Positions 19,240 through 31,046 of a DNA stretch of 64,000 nt are shown here, one piece after another. A model generated the notes under the pieces. That model searched no databases. It saw only the letters and a list, made by a program, of their open reading frames with translations, and was not told the DNA's origin. Each line of letters begins with the position of its first letter. Within the stretch, counting starts at the first letter, position 1. The DNA lies in IMG/VR virus record IMGVR_UViG_3300028833_000058. One strand, written 5' to 3'. The position numbers were made by a program, and so were the translations under genes. The DNA is from a virus. Its lineage: Duplodnaviria > Caudoviricetes.

Positions 19240-21660
19240 TTAACAAAGCTCCTCAATCTCTTCTTTATTCAATCTACGACAATTCGGATAACTGTCATAA
19301 TTATTAACGAAATACATTTGGGCTCCTAAAATACCCTTTTCTATGTGGTGTAATTTACCGTATATTTTTTGTTTTTCTTCCCAAAAGCAACAAATCTTAC
19401 CTATGTCTTGGTCTGTTATCTCATAAACTGGTCGTGTGATTTCTGTTTTATCGTGCCAGTTTATTTTTAGAAAATTAGCTATATAACAATCTGCTGATGT
19501 TCTTCCTCCTTTTGTTTTATACCACAATTTAATATCAGAATCACAGATACCTCTTTTTATTGAGTACACCTCATCAGGCAATATATCCCACAAATCTTGC
19601 ATATCATATTCATTTTCTCTATCGAATACACGTTGTGTCATTGTTTATTCTCCTCAAACCCAATAAATTTAAACTCTTTAATCGGTAGTTTTTGTATAAA
19701 TGAAGGGTGATAATCTACCAAAGAACCACCTTTTTTTAATTTCTTTTTGAGCAATCTCATACTCCACACTTTTTTTCTCTTTGAATTGCCATAGTTATCA
19801 AAGAAGTGGCAGAATAAAACCTTACCAATAATCTTTTCTATCTTTACATACCAAAAATCCATTACTCTTCTCCTAATGTTTCATCAATAACTTCTATTCT
19901 AGAATACGGACACAAACAAAAATCTGTTCCTCTTTCTTTTAATTCTTGGTTTAATCTATTCAAGAGATTATCTGCACACCAAGTCCCCTCATTAAAATGA
20001 TAGTCAATCTGTTCTTTATCCCAATGCTGTGGCACATCTACTTCTAAATAAAGAGCTGCTTTTATCTTAACTGGTTTTGTTATCATTACACAACCGTCTT
20101 TATGAAATTCTCCTACTTGACTATGACAATAAAAACAACGGTCTGGTTCTCCAGCAGGTCTTATTCCATAATCATCTGGCTGGACAATAGGATTTTGTCC
20201 GTCTTTCATTTTATAACTTTCTTTATCTTTTAATCTTAAAAAATCTACCATTCCAAATCTCATTTGTTTTCTCCTAATACCTGATTAATTTCTTTGTCTA
20301 ATCTTGTGTTATTCTTCAAATGGTCTATACTCCCTTTGTAATGCTTTCTCAAATATTCAATTTCATCTCTGCACTCTTTCAGAAGTTTTTTGAGATTGGT
20401 GTTTTCTTCTTCTAAGAATGCAACATAATCTCCTTGATTAAACCATTCCTCAAAACTAGGTACTTCGGCAAGGACTTTGACACAATCGTATCCATTTTCA
20501 TCACAATATTGTTTTCCGTTTGCTTCAAACTTCCAATAAGGAATTATTGCTTCAAATGTTCTAAATGTTGCCTCAAATGGTTCGCTATCATAGAATGTGA
20601 TATAGTATTTTTTACCATTTATAAGTTCGCCTTTTATCCATTTCTCGGTTAAGTTAGTCATCTTTTAACTCCTCTATGAATTTCTCTTTTTCATGAAAAG
20701 CACTTATCAACCAAAGTATTGATAATCCCAAACCTATCCCGAAAAATAACCAATCTTTTCCTATGTTATCTAACGCAAGGTTAAAACAAAAACCTGATAA
20801 AAAAGCATAATATATCATTTTCCACCTACCTTTCTTAAAGTAATTTAATTTTATCTACGTTTGTTAAAATATACATTTCTATAAACCATTCTATTTTCTT
20901 CTGACATGTTTACTTTATCAAAGACTTTCTCTAGCTCTTGTTCAGTTAGTTTAATAACTTGTTTAGTGATTTCAATAGGTCTATCAGGATGTAAAGCACA
21001 CTCTTTAAGTGTTTCTATTAGACATTTATCTCGTTCAGCTTTAACCAATTCAAACATAAAACTATTGTTCTTAGAAACTCCTGTTGTCCATTCATGTTTT
21101 AATTTTCTTGGTTCTTGAGATTCAAAATTTACAATTTCTATTTCTAAATTCTCATCATGATTAAAATTTTCACTCATTATCCAAACTCCTCATTATCTCT
21201 AACATATTTTCAAAAGGCACATTCATTTCTATTAGTGTAGGGTACTTATCTACATCATTGTAATCACAGAATATAGCGTTACATTTTTTATAGAAGGTCA
21301 AAGGTATATCTTCGTGAGCTAAAAATTCATCATACTTGAATGTAAAGTAATACCATTCGTGTCCTTCACTCATGATATCCACTTGTTGTTTAGTAGGTGT
21401 AATCAAAACCCAACCGTATTTAAAAGCTTCTTTAACTAATTCTTCCCAAGTCATCAGTATAACTCCTTTAATCTTTTCGCAAATTCCTTTAGTGTTTTTG
21501 GTTTATGACAACATTCTTTTGGAGAATAAACTGTTATATGACCTGAACCCTTTGGAGTTTTTATATTTTCGTATTTTATATTTCTTTCGTGATGCAATAA
21601 ACACCCAATTGCACCACCATCAGCAGGACATCCGTAACAATTTTTGACTTTTCTCACCAT
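19240..21660 (-). CDS. run of small hypothetical genes incl. CxxC/HxxxC zinc-finger protein 19862..20263
   Basis: coupled ORFs with GGAG/GAGG RBS. Confidence 0.6.
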
Positions 21661-21696
21661 TGACTCTTATCCTTAAACGTTATTTCAATCCTTTTG

Positions 21697-22425
21697 TTAT
21701 AATGCAAAAAATTCCCACTTCTTCTTTTTACAATGCTCTAATGCACTATTGTGTAAATTGCAAGAAGAACAATCGTTACATGGTTTTTTATCAACACAAC
21801 CTGGAGATTGACAATATGAACAGTATTTTAATATTTTATGCTCATGCAAATACCATAAAATATATTTCTTTTCAACCCACTCAAATGGTAAAAATAAATT
21901 AGCATTAGCGTTACTCATTGAGTTTATAGTTTCAAAAAGATTATTAAATTTATCCATAAAGTGCCATATATCATCGTTTTTTATATATCCAAACGAGATT
22001 AAACGGTTATCACTTCTAATGAAATTGGCCATCGCACTTAAAAACACTTGTGGTTGAGCAATACCTCCTTTGTTACAATAATCATCATAATCACCATCTT
22101 CTTTAATTTCAAATGTAATGTGATTGACTAATATTTTTTGTTTTTTGAATATCTTAAGTAACCGTTTTTGAGCAATTGTATCAACAGGATAACTTCCAAA
22201 TCGGTCATAGTTTACAGAAACAAGATTAATAGTTTTATGGAACTTTTCCCATAAATATAACACTAAAGCGGTAGAATCACATCCACCACTCCATAAAACA
22301 AAGATGTCTGAAATGTTTTCTGGTGTTTTTGTATAATTACCACACATATCATTTACCCAATTGAAAAATTCTGAGCCAACTATGTCTTCTTGTTTGTTCA
22401 TATTCAAATCCTTTTTATTCATCAA
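21697..22425 (-). CDS. queC: QueC-like PP-loop ATPase (7-cyano-7-deazaguanine synthase family)
   Basis: LWSGGCDST PP-loop; C-terminal YC...PCNDCSSC zinc site. Confidence 0.7.
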   Translation of the reverse strand: MMNKKDLNMNKQEDIVGSEFFNWVNDMCGNYTKTPENISDIFVLWSGGCDSTALVLYLWEKFHKTINLVSVNYDRFGSYPVDTIAQKRLLKIFKKQKILVNHITFEIKEDGDYDDYCNKGGIAQPQVFLSAMANFIRSDNRLISFGYIKNDDIWHFMDKFNNLFETINSMSNANANLFLPFEWVEKKYILWYLHEHKILKYCSYCQSPGCVDKKPCNDCSSCNLHNSALEHCKKKKWEFFAL

Positions 22426-22962
22426 TATATCTTAAACGGTTATAATCAATCCATTTACCGTTTTCTTAGTTATGTATTTGGTTAATTGTGGTCTACAGTT
22501 CATTTAAATTACTCCGTTGTTATTTCAATAGATAATCCTTTATACCATCCTTGTGCAAAATCATGTATCCTAATAACTTTTACGTCACATCTTAGATTTT
22601 TCAAAGAACAAAAAGTGTTTATTTTATCAACTGTACTATTGTTTTCTTTTAATATTTTTTCGTCATCAGTATCAACGCTATATCTATTATCCAACTCACA
22701 ATAGTAATGGTTGTTATTTTCCCTTTCTATATAACAATGATAAAGAATATCAGCTTTATTATCATCACAAAATTGAATCAAACCAGATTCGATAACCCAT
22801 TCTGGAACAGTTGGTTTTTGATGTTTTAAACAAAATATATCACAATTCATTGGTTGAACAGAAACCAACTCGTTTGCAACTAACTCTGGATAAATTTTTC
22901 TCATGATTTCTTCAGTTTTCATTACTCATCCTCAAACTTCTTTTTAACTCAAAACACATTTA

Positions 22963-23268
22963 TCATCTCAATAGCCAATCATCAGGCTCAAGTTCAATTT
23001 CTTCATCTTCTGTTTCAAATAAGTCCGTTTCAAATAAGTCATCTATGGTAGTTTTACTATGTCCGAGATATTTAAATGTTCCATTTATAAATGGAAGTTC
23101 ATCAAAAAAATTACGTTCTAATGATTCTTCCAATACTTCGTACGCTGGATATTTAACATCTTCCCCAAAAGGCATAGCGTTTGACGATGTTTTTTTCAAA
23201 ATTCTAAATTTTAAACCATTATTAAAAGCCCAAATATCTCCGACTTCTGGTGTAAATTGACTCATCAC
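22963..23268 (-). CDS. VGD-family small protein
   Basis: TPEVGDIW...YLGHSKTTIDDLFET. Confidence 0.65.
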   Translation of the reverse strand: MMSQFTPEVGDIWAFNNGLKFRILKKTSSNAMPFGEDVKYPAYEVLEESLERNFFDELPFINGTFKYLGHSKTTIDDLFETDLFETEDEEIELEPDDWLLR

Positions 23269-23449
23269 TTATTCTCCCTATATAAAATTTCTGCAAAGCG
23301 TTTACCATTCTTGAAGAAAAACCTAATGCCATATAAAGTCTTATCATTTTCTTGCTTAGGCAAACCTTCAACAATCTTGCTTTTTAAACTTGGGTGAGCC
23401 AATTTGTATTCAGCCCACTTAGCTTGCTCTTGCAAGGTTTCATAGTCCA

Positions 23450-23698
23450 TCATTGTCCATTCTCCGTCTTGAATAAATCATTGCTTTCCGTTTCGTTTTT
23501 TCCGATATATGTTAAAAACTCAAAATCTTTTAAAGGAATATGTCTTAATCGTAAATAAAATGGATTTTTGCTCCAGTCCTCTGCTATACAATCGGCATGG
23601 CTATTTTCATTATTAAAATCCCAGACTTTAGTTACTAATATTTTTTCACCATATCCATCTTTATATACATCTCCAACTTCTGGTGTAGCTTTACTCAT
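23450..23698 (-). CDS. VGD-family small protein
   Basis: TPEVGDVY...YIGKNETESNDLFKTEN. Confidence 0.65.
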   Translation of the reverse strand: MSKATPEVGDVYKDGYGEKILVTKVWDFNNENSHADCIAEDWSKNPFYLRLRHIPLKDFEFLTYIGKNETESNDLFKTENGQ

Positions 23699-24748
23699 AG
23701 TTTTTCTCCTTTAAATAAGTTAAGGGTTTCCGTCAATGTTACAACCATCTTCATCATACCATTCTTCCCAATCTTCTGTTTCTTCGTTATACTCTTCACA
23801 ACCAAAAACATTCCACTCTACTCTTTCATCTAACAAATCGGATTGTGCCAAAGCGTCAATGAGAATCCTTGCATGTGCTAAATCAGAAACTCTGTGGTAT
23901 TCTGTTTCTCCGTTTCTAATGTGATATATTCTCAATTTACTCATTTTCCACCTACTCTAATACTAACATCACTTGTCAATATTTTTTATCAACAAGGTCT
24001 TTGAATTGTCATTAACATTCAAAGAATTTATAAATAGTACTTGTTTATACTTTGAGGCAGAAAGCCATTTATCATTATATTTAAAATAGCAAGCTCCTAC
24101 AATAAACTTATATTCAGTTTTATACATTTCTGCATCTTTAGGACAGGCGTTGTATTCTAATACCCAAGGCAAAGCAAGTAACGATAGAATAAAACATGTG
24201 AATGTAAATAATTTAAGAAAATCTCTCATTGTTTATCTCCTTTAACTTGAATTAAACTCTTTGTCCAATCATCAGCAGGAGCGATGTCAAAAGCCTTATC
24301 TATACAATAATAGACAACGTTATCACAATCTGATAACCATTGTAAAAGTGATTTACTTTTTACAGGTTTTTTATTATACCACCACCATTCGCCGTCTTTA
24401 TCCATAGCAACCCAGCCCTTTTTCATAAATGGTATAATATCTTGTATGTTAATCATTCTTCACCCTCAAATTTAATTTCTAGTTCGCCATAGTCTTTTAT
24501 GATTTTTCTTTTTAGATACCCAAAGTCATAATATTTAACATAAAAGCCATCTGTACAAAGATACGGAAAATCTACATCATGCATATAATTTTTTATGCAT
24601 AGAGTATATTGTTCAAGACCATTTTCGTTTCTTTCAATAGTAAATTCTTTTTCTTCTACATAACATTTGCTACCATATAAACGAACTTCAACCGCATTAA
24701 ATTTATGTTCACCTCTTTTAAGTGTTTTAACGTAATCTTTAACCTTCA

Positions 24749-24976
24749 TCACTCATTCTCCGTTTCAAATAGTTGCTCTATGTTTATTTTAGAGTTGCCA
24801 ATTAGTTTACCACTTCTTGTAAGATACGAGTTAAACACTGGAAGTATACTATAAACACCATTAGGTTCTTTAATTAGACAATTAGATACATTTTCGTTAG
24901 TTTCTATAACTCTACAAAGTCCTAAACTTTTTGTTGAGAAAACATCTCCGACTTGTGGCAACACATCTTTACTCAT
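24749..24976 (-). CDS. VGD-family small protein
   Basis: LPQVGDVF...LIGNSKINIEQLFETENE. Confidence 0.65.
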   Translation of the reverse strand: MSKDVLPQVGDVFSTKSLGLCRVIETNENVSNCLIKEPNGVYSILPVFNSYLTRSGKLIGNSKINIEQLFETENE

Positions 24977-24979
24977 TTT

Positions 24980-26936
24980 CTACCCTTTCTTTTGTAACAT
25001 TTTACCGTATGTCTTAAATAAGTTTTTTAGATAATCCCAAATATCATCAAATCCCTCATATTCTAGATAATCTCCTGTACAGCCACTTTCCGAAAAAACA
25101 TAAGCATCTGATGAAGTTATCGTATCTAAAACTGCGTCAGCTTCATAACCTGCCTTTTCAAATCTATTATATATACTGTCATAAAACTCTCTTTGAGCTT
25201 CTGCGGCTTGTTTTAACAATACATTGGCTCTTAAATAAAGTTTCTCTTCTTTTTTTGTTAATCCAAATTTAACCATCTTTAAACCTCTCTGAATCAAATC
25301 TGTCTTTACCTAATTTTTTTGCACGTTCTATTTGTCTTTCGTATTTTTTATATTCTTCAAATGCTCTGAGGTACTTTGCTTGTGCAACCTTAAGTTCTTC
25401 TGCGCATCTTTCTACATAGGTTTTTTGATTTTTTAGACAATTCTCGTGCCATTCTATGCTCATACTACTCATGGCTTTTTCTCCACTTCTAATTGGCTTT
25501 TTTTAGTAGATGTTTGTTTGATTTCATTCTCTAACTTACGCAACTCGTCAACAGTCTTAGTACTTACAGGATTACCGCAAATATGAGTGAATCTTCCTTT
25601 ATCATCTACCAAGAGTTCGTTACCATTTATTACACATTTACAATTATCACAATATAACGCTTTACTTGGTGCATTAACTGGACAACATTCAAATTCAAAC
25701 TTAATAGTCATTGTTTAACCCTTTTTAGTAAATATTTGTTTAATTTCATCTGCTACTTTCTGGACAGCGATTTCTTGTTTTCTTTCAACATATGTATCGT
25801 ATCTGATGAATACACTACGTAAATCTTCAGGGTAATAATGACCAACGAAACCATTATCAAACGTTATTTCATATCGTGATTTTGACTTAATTTCTGTAAC
25901 AGTTCCAACCCATTGTGACACATGATGAACCAATTTGTCACCTAACTTGATTTTGCTGTTTATCAAGTAATGTTTATTATACATCTTCATACTCCTTGCT
26001 TATCGCAATACGGCTTGAGAATCTCCCATACTTTCTTTAAATCTTCATCAGAAACATCATCAAAATTCAACTTTTGACAAATCTTATGTGGTACAATTTG
26101 TCTAAAATTTGAAAGTCTTGCTTTGGCGTTGTGTTCTGCCACTTCTTCTGGAGTTTTACAATATTCCAAATAATAATGATAAAGCAGTCCACCACCTCTT
26201 TCTACCATATTGGATTTATTGAAGATTATGTTCATTGGTTCACCTTTACGAGTTACTTGAACCGTAAATGTACTTTTACTTTCTTTGATAAATCTACAGG
26301 GTAATAAAAGACCATTTAACATATTACCTCTATGACCAACGAATAAATTTTTCTTTTTCCAAATAGGTGTTGGTTCTTCTACCATTATTACGTCTTTCAT
26401 GTTATATCTGTATGTAATTTTTTCATCTGGATTTGTAGTCCATTTATAAGACACAATAACTGTATCGTTATTTTCGATACCTTCAAACTCTATATTTGGA
26501 GCCCATCTACGATATGTATCATTGACTAAAAAGTCGTATTTTTGACCAATTTTCAAATCCTTAATTTCCATTTCAAGTCCTTTCAGTTAGATAACTCTTT
26601 TGTTGACTTATTTGACCTTATCATTACAGTCCCATCTTCACCTTGTATCCTATGGTCATAATCAACATCATCAACGAATTCCATTTCACAAAACATTGTC
26701 GGTACAGCGTTAATTTCATATACAGAACCGTTACTTTGATATACACCTTGCTTATGGTTATAAGGTGGCTTTTTGTCATGATACCAAACATCAACGAATA
26801 ACGAATCTTTAGCTTGTGTCAAATCGTTATCACAAGTAGCTTCAGTTATATCAGATAGCTTAAGTACCTCAAGTATGAAATGGTTATCGTCTATTGACCT
26901 ATAAAAACCTTTTTTCTTTATTTCACTTAACTTCAT
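24980..26936 (-). CDS. run of six small hypothetical genes
   Basis: coupled minus-strand ORFs; no recognisable family. Confidence 0.6.
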
Positions 26937-27594
26937 TTCTACGCTCCAATTTTTTACGTGTTTCTTTTAATTCTATGTCCAAATCAGTCAACATTTTGGA
27001 AAATATCTTATACCAATAGTATCTTTTATCTGACTTTTTACGTTCTTTAAGTTGTTTTAAAGCACTAACTAAATCTTCCTTCTCGCCAATATATTTTATA
27101 GCAAAATCTAAATCATTGTCTGGAACAACTTCTGCTAAATTTTTAATGTTAGCAAGTATGTCAGCTACTTTTAAGCATTTTGCATCATAGGGTGCTTGCA
27201 AAATTTTTTCAAGATACTTTTGTTTTCTAAACTTTCTGTTTCCGTCTTTTGGTGTAAGTTCGTCTGTCACCCAATAAACTAAATCACATACACTCTTTCC
27301 AGAAAGCTTTTGTATCTGCTCATACGTAGTGTTTGTGTCTTCTACTGTGTCATGTAACAAAGCAGCAGAAATTAGTACTGAATAATCCAAAGGGTCAAAT
27401 GCAAACAAAGGAATATCGTCACAAGACTTCATATAATCATTAATTATTTTAGATACTAATTTCGGATGTTCTATATAAGGCTCATTAGTATATTTTCTCG
27501 TTTGATTTTTATGAGCTAGAGAAGCAAACGTAAGTGCACCCTCTATCATTGTATCTGCTAACCAATCTTTACATTCATTGCTCATATTTTCCAC
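26923..27594 (-). CDS. Mesh1/SpoT-type HD hydrolase (small alarmone hydrolase-like)
   Basis: AHKNQTRK...EPYIEHP...AALLHDTVEDT...VTD...KVADILAN; probable start 27585. Confidence 0.88.
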   Translation of the reverse strand: MENMSNECKDWLADTMIEGALTFASLAHKNQTRKYTNEPYIEHPKLVSKIINDYMKSCDDIPLFAFDPLDYSVLISAALLHDTVEDTNTTYEQIQKLSGKSVCDLVYWVTDELTPKDGNRKFRKQKYLEKILQAPYDAKCLKVADILANIKNLAEVVPDNDLDFAIKYIGEKEDLVSALKQLKERKKSDKRYYWYKIFSKMLTDLDIELKETRKKLERRNEVK

Positions 27595-28021
27595 CTTCAG
27601 CTATAAAGTCAGCGTAACTTTCAATAAATTTCTTATACTGTCGTAAAGACTTTGCACCTTTTATAACCTTTACAACTTCTCTGTCATCAGAAAAATCAAT
27701 GTCCTTTATCTTACAATTTCTGTCAAAGAATCTACCTACTTTAGAGTTATTGAACAAAGGTACAATGTCTTTAGCTGTTAAATTTAAAAAATCTCTTGCA
27801 CAACATGTACTAGAAATTAGATTGTAAGCATCTATAAATTTCTTATAGGCCCTAACGTCACAGTATACACCCTGCTTTGTTAACTTAAAATGTTCCATTG
27901 TTTCACGTATTCCATGTTCGAAATAGTATTCAGCTACTTCATTGCGCTTTATTGTACAACTGTTAAAGTTTAAAATAGACTCATTTAATCGTATGTTATT
28001 AATTTTCATGGTAATCTCCAT
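27575..28021 (-). CDS. putative HTH DNA-binding protein
   Basis: HGIRETMEHFKLTKQGVY HTH-like segment. Confidence 0.4.
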   Translation of the reverse strand: MEITMKINNIRLNESILNFNSCTIKRNEVAEYYFEHGIRETMEHFKLTKQGVYCDVRAYKKFIDAYNLISSTCCARDFLNLTAKDIVPLFNNSKVGRFFDRNCKIKDIDFSDDREVVKVIKGAKSLRQYKKFIESYADFIAEGGKYEQ

Positions 28022-28454
28022 TTGTATTTACAATTATGAACAGGCACCAGTTTCCTTATATAAATGAGCTCTTATTAAAGTAAAACCAGCGATGTCTCTA
28101 CAATCTTCTTCAGATTTACCTTGACAAGAAAAAGTATGAGGTACACCTTCGTGCTTTACCATAACACTAAACTCGTATTCACCAGTATCTTTATTGAAAA
28201 TTACTTTATTTGCAAGTAATTTTTCATTCTGTATCTTTCTTTTAGCCATTTTCTTTTCAAATGCAAGATTATTTTCTTCAACCGCTCTTTGAAACTCCAA
28301 GGCATCTTGTGCCTTTTCTTCTCTGTATTCCTTATACTCATTTATAAGACTTTTAATCAACTTAAACATTTTAACTCTCCTTTCGATGATTTATGCTTCA
28401 TTGTAACATTAAAACCAAGAAAAGTAAAGTCAAATTTTACAATTAATTTGTATA

Positions 28455-28486
28455 TAAAAAAAAGACACATCTAAGAATGTGTCTTT
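28455..28486 (-). terminator. intrinsic terminator of 28517..28978
   Basis: AAAGACACAT-N6-ATGTGTCTTT hairpin with T tract on minus strand. Confidence 0.8.
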
Positions 28487-28516
28487 CAAATTTGTTATAA
28501 TTAACTCGATTAAGGT

Positions 28517-28978
28517 TTATTTCCAGAATCCAAACAATCTACCAAAAAATGATGTCTTCTTATCAATATACCGTTTCGCATTTGATACAGCTTCATTGAG
28601 TTTTTTGTATTCTTCTGTCATTTTAGAATAAATTTGCTTAGCCTGTCTCATGTCTTCATTGACCAAACCCATTTTACCTGAAGCAGCTTTCAATGAAGCA
28701 ATCATCTGCTTTTTGTTGTTATCTCTGTCTCTAAGATTTTCGTTATTTTTATAAGCTTTCTCTGTTTCATTGACTATTGCTATTGCTTCTTTTATGTTTT
28801 TAAGGGCACTCTCACATTTAGCATCAAATGCACTAAGTTGAGCCTTTAACCCGTCTGACTTAATGTTAGCAACTGATGATATAATATCGTTGAAAGAAGC
28901 TTCTTCTAACGATTGTTTGTCTTCATTTAAAGTTGATTCGTCAATCAATTTTAAAACTTCATTTTGTAAATTTGCCAT
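28517..28978 (-). CDS. coiled-coil protein, putative internal head protein with C-terminal amphipathic helix
   Basis: late-type motif CAGTTCTATATAAG at 29018-29031; leader with LIDE/LNE/LEE sites; ends FFGRLFGFWK. Confidence 0.55.
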   Translation of the reverse strand: MANLQNEVLKLIDESTLNEDKQSLEEASFNDIISSVANIKSDGLKAQLSAFDAKCESALKNIKEAIAIVNETEKAYKNNENLRDRDNNKKQMIASLKAASGKMGLVNEDMRQAKQIYSKMTEEYKKLNEAVSNAKRYIDKKTSFFGRLFGFWK

Positions 28979-29048
28979 TTGTATATATACCTTTAATTAT
29001 AATTAGAAACGTTTCTACTTATATAGAACTGTTTTGATTAGTTAATCT

Positions 29049-30941
29049 TTACGATTCACCAACTACTTTTTCTTTTTTACCATTAACTATGTTAGCAATT
29101 TCTTTTGCAGCAAGTTCAAATCCTTCTTTCATTGACTTGTCATCAAATCCGTCCCAACCATAATAAGGTTCACTGATAGAAAATGCTCCGTATTCACCAT
29201 CATCAGCTTCACATTTTCCATTTAGTACTCTCCATAGATACAACCAGTCTTCATTATCATATCCACGAGTATCATCATCCTCGTAATCATCATACCAATT
29301 TAACCACCATTGGTCAGCCATCGGTGGAATCTCTAAAGGTTTTTTATTTGGTAACTCCTTTTTCTTCATTTCTTTGTCATAGCTTGGTACATCTTCGTAT
29401 ATACCAGTTTCTATCATGAAGAGTATTTTAAACAAATCATCCTTAGATACAGAAAATTCAGCTGAATATCCATCTGGTTCTTCGTATATTTCACGACCAG
29501 TTATAGGTATTTCTTCTTCTAAATCTTTCAAAACATCATCGTGTGCTTCTTGTTCTGTACCATATCTCTTACAATCGTGTAAAAAGGATAAAAGACCAAT
29601 ACCATCATAAAAATCATTTTGTACTATATTAACAATTTCTTCTGGAACATTATTTTCATTTTTATCGTCATATTGGCCTGTATAAATAGCTACTATTCTA
29701 TCCCAATTATATTTATCCTTAATGCCATATTTTTCAGCAACTTCATTCCAATCTGATTCACAACCGTTCCAATTGTTTATGTCATCTTCGTAATAATAAT
29801 CCCAATCCGTACTGAAAGTTAAAATCTCACACATTGTCTTATTACTGATACATTCTCTTGCTCCGTTGTTGTAAATCTCCTTACCAAGCTCATCTATATC
29901 CATTATACCAATCACTTTATCATCTTCAATCTTCAGTTTGTCTGGATTTACATAGTGATAATAAAGTATTTCTTTTTCAAGGAGTTGTGGGTTTTGTAAA
30001 CAATTGTTAAATTTTTGTTTTACGTTTTCAAATCTATCAACTAAATTGTTGTATTTAGTTATACTTCTTATTTCTTCATCAAGTTCCTTGTCAATCGGAT
30101 ATTTTTTAAACTTGTATTCATATAAAAATTTAGCGACATCTGGACAGTCATCTGTGAATTTGTCCATATCAATTCTATTGTCACGTTCATCCATAAATTG
30201 TCTTGATTCAAAATGAAATTGATACAAACTTCCGTCTTCTTTGTTCAAAAGAATGTAATACTCACCACCGTAATCGTTTAAGTAACTGTTATAATAAGTA
30301 CCACCACTTGAAGTAGTACACCAGTTTGTGTATTCACCAAACGGTTTAGATGACTCAAAAGTTGTTGGAATACCAATTACCCATTTGTCGTCTTCATAAA
30401 TCTTTTCTAATCCTTTTGGTTCACATTCTTTGAATACATTGTATCTCTCAAATGCCTTTTCATCAGTAGGAACACCTTTTTCTTTATGTTGTTGTATAGC
30501 TGTGTATAGCTCTGGTATACTATTGAAGTCGTCTAAAGGTTTACCGATTTGATTTTTTAAAACATCATATTGCTTTAACAAACTTGGAAGTTTCTCAGCA
30601 TCTTCCCAAGGCGTAGATGGTAACAATTCTGGTTTCTCAATTGGTTGATTTGTTTTAGGGTTTATACCATTGTTTTTAGCCATAAACTCCTTATAATCAG
30701 CCATTCTTTCAGCATTTTTGAAATTGTTGTAAAACAGCCTGATAATCCATTTACCATATTTACCTAATTGGTCACCACCTTTATAAGTTGGGTCCAATGC
30801 TATCAGCTCTTTTACCTTTTCTTCTGGCATCTTCGGAAACTGTTTAGCAACCTCATGTATACCTTCAGCAAAGTAATGGTATTCTTTTTTAAAGAGGTTA
30901 GATTCACATAAAATATTGTTAACTAAATTCTTAAATTTCAT
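29049..30941 (-). CDS. 630-aa acidic protein, putative internal head protein with PcfJ-like (TxWC) domain
   Basis: leader MKFKNLVNNILCE; IYEDDKWVIGIPTTFESS...TNWCTT...YQFHFES motif; late-type motif at 30987-31001. Confidence 0.55.
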   Translation of the reverse strand: MKFKNLVNNILCESNLFKKEYHYFAEGIHEVAKQFPKMPEEKVKELIALDPTYKGGDQLGKYGKWIIRLFYNNFKNAERMADYKEFMAKNNGINPKTNQPIEKPELLPSTPWEDAEKLPSLLKQYDVLKNQIGKPLDDFNSIPELYTAIQQHKEKGVPTDEKAFERYNVFKECEPKGLEKIYEDDKWVIGIPTTFESSKPFGEYTNWCTTSSGGTYYNSYLNDYGGEYYILLNKEDGSLYQFHFESRQFMDERDNRIDMDKFTDDCPDVAKFLYEYKFKKYPIDKELDEEIRSITKYNNLVDRFENVKQKFNNCLQNPQLLEKEILYYHYVNPDKLKIEDDKVIGIMDIDELGKEIYNNGARECISNKTMCEILTFSTDWDYYYEDDINNWNGCESDWNEVAEKYGIKDKYNWDRIVAIYTGQYDDKNENNVPEEIVNIVQNDFYDGIGLLSFLHDCKRYGTEQEAHDDVLKDLEEEIPITGREIYEEPDGYSAEFSVSKDDLFKILFMIETGIYEDVPSYDKEMKKKELPNKKPLEIPPMADQWWLNWYDDYEDDDTRGYDNEDWLYLWRVLNGKCEADDGEYGAFSISEPYYGWDGFDDKSMKEGFELAAKEIANIVNGKKEKVVGES

Positions 30942-31046
30942 ATTATGATTTCACTATTCAATGTCTTTACAATCAAAAAACGTTTATAGTGTATAGAACT
31001 ATTTTAGTTAACATGTCCTTAGCCAAAGTGTTCTGTTAGGTGTAAT

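Noticed and set aside
27575-28021. Second alpha-CTD-like segment (KGAKSLRQY)
   Set aside because: Only a short GxKS resemblance; LSVR/NCL elements missing
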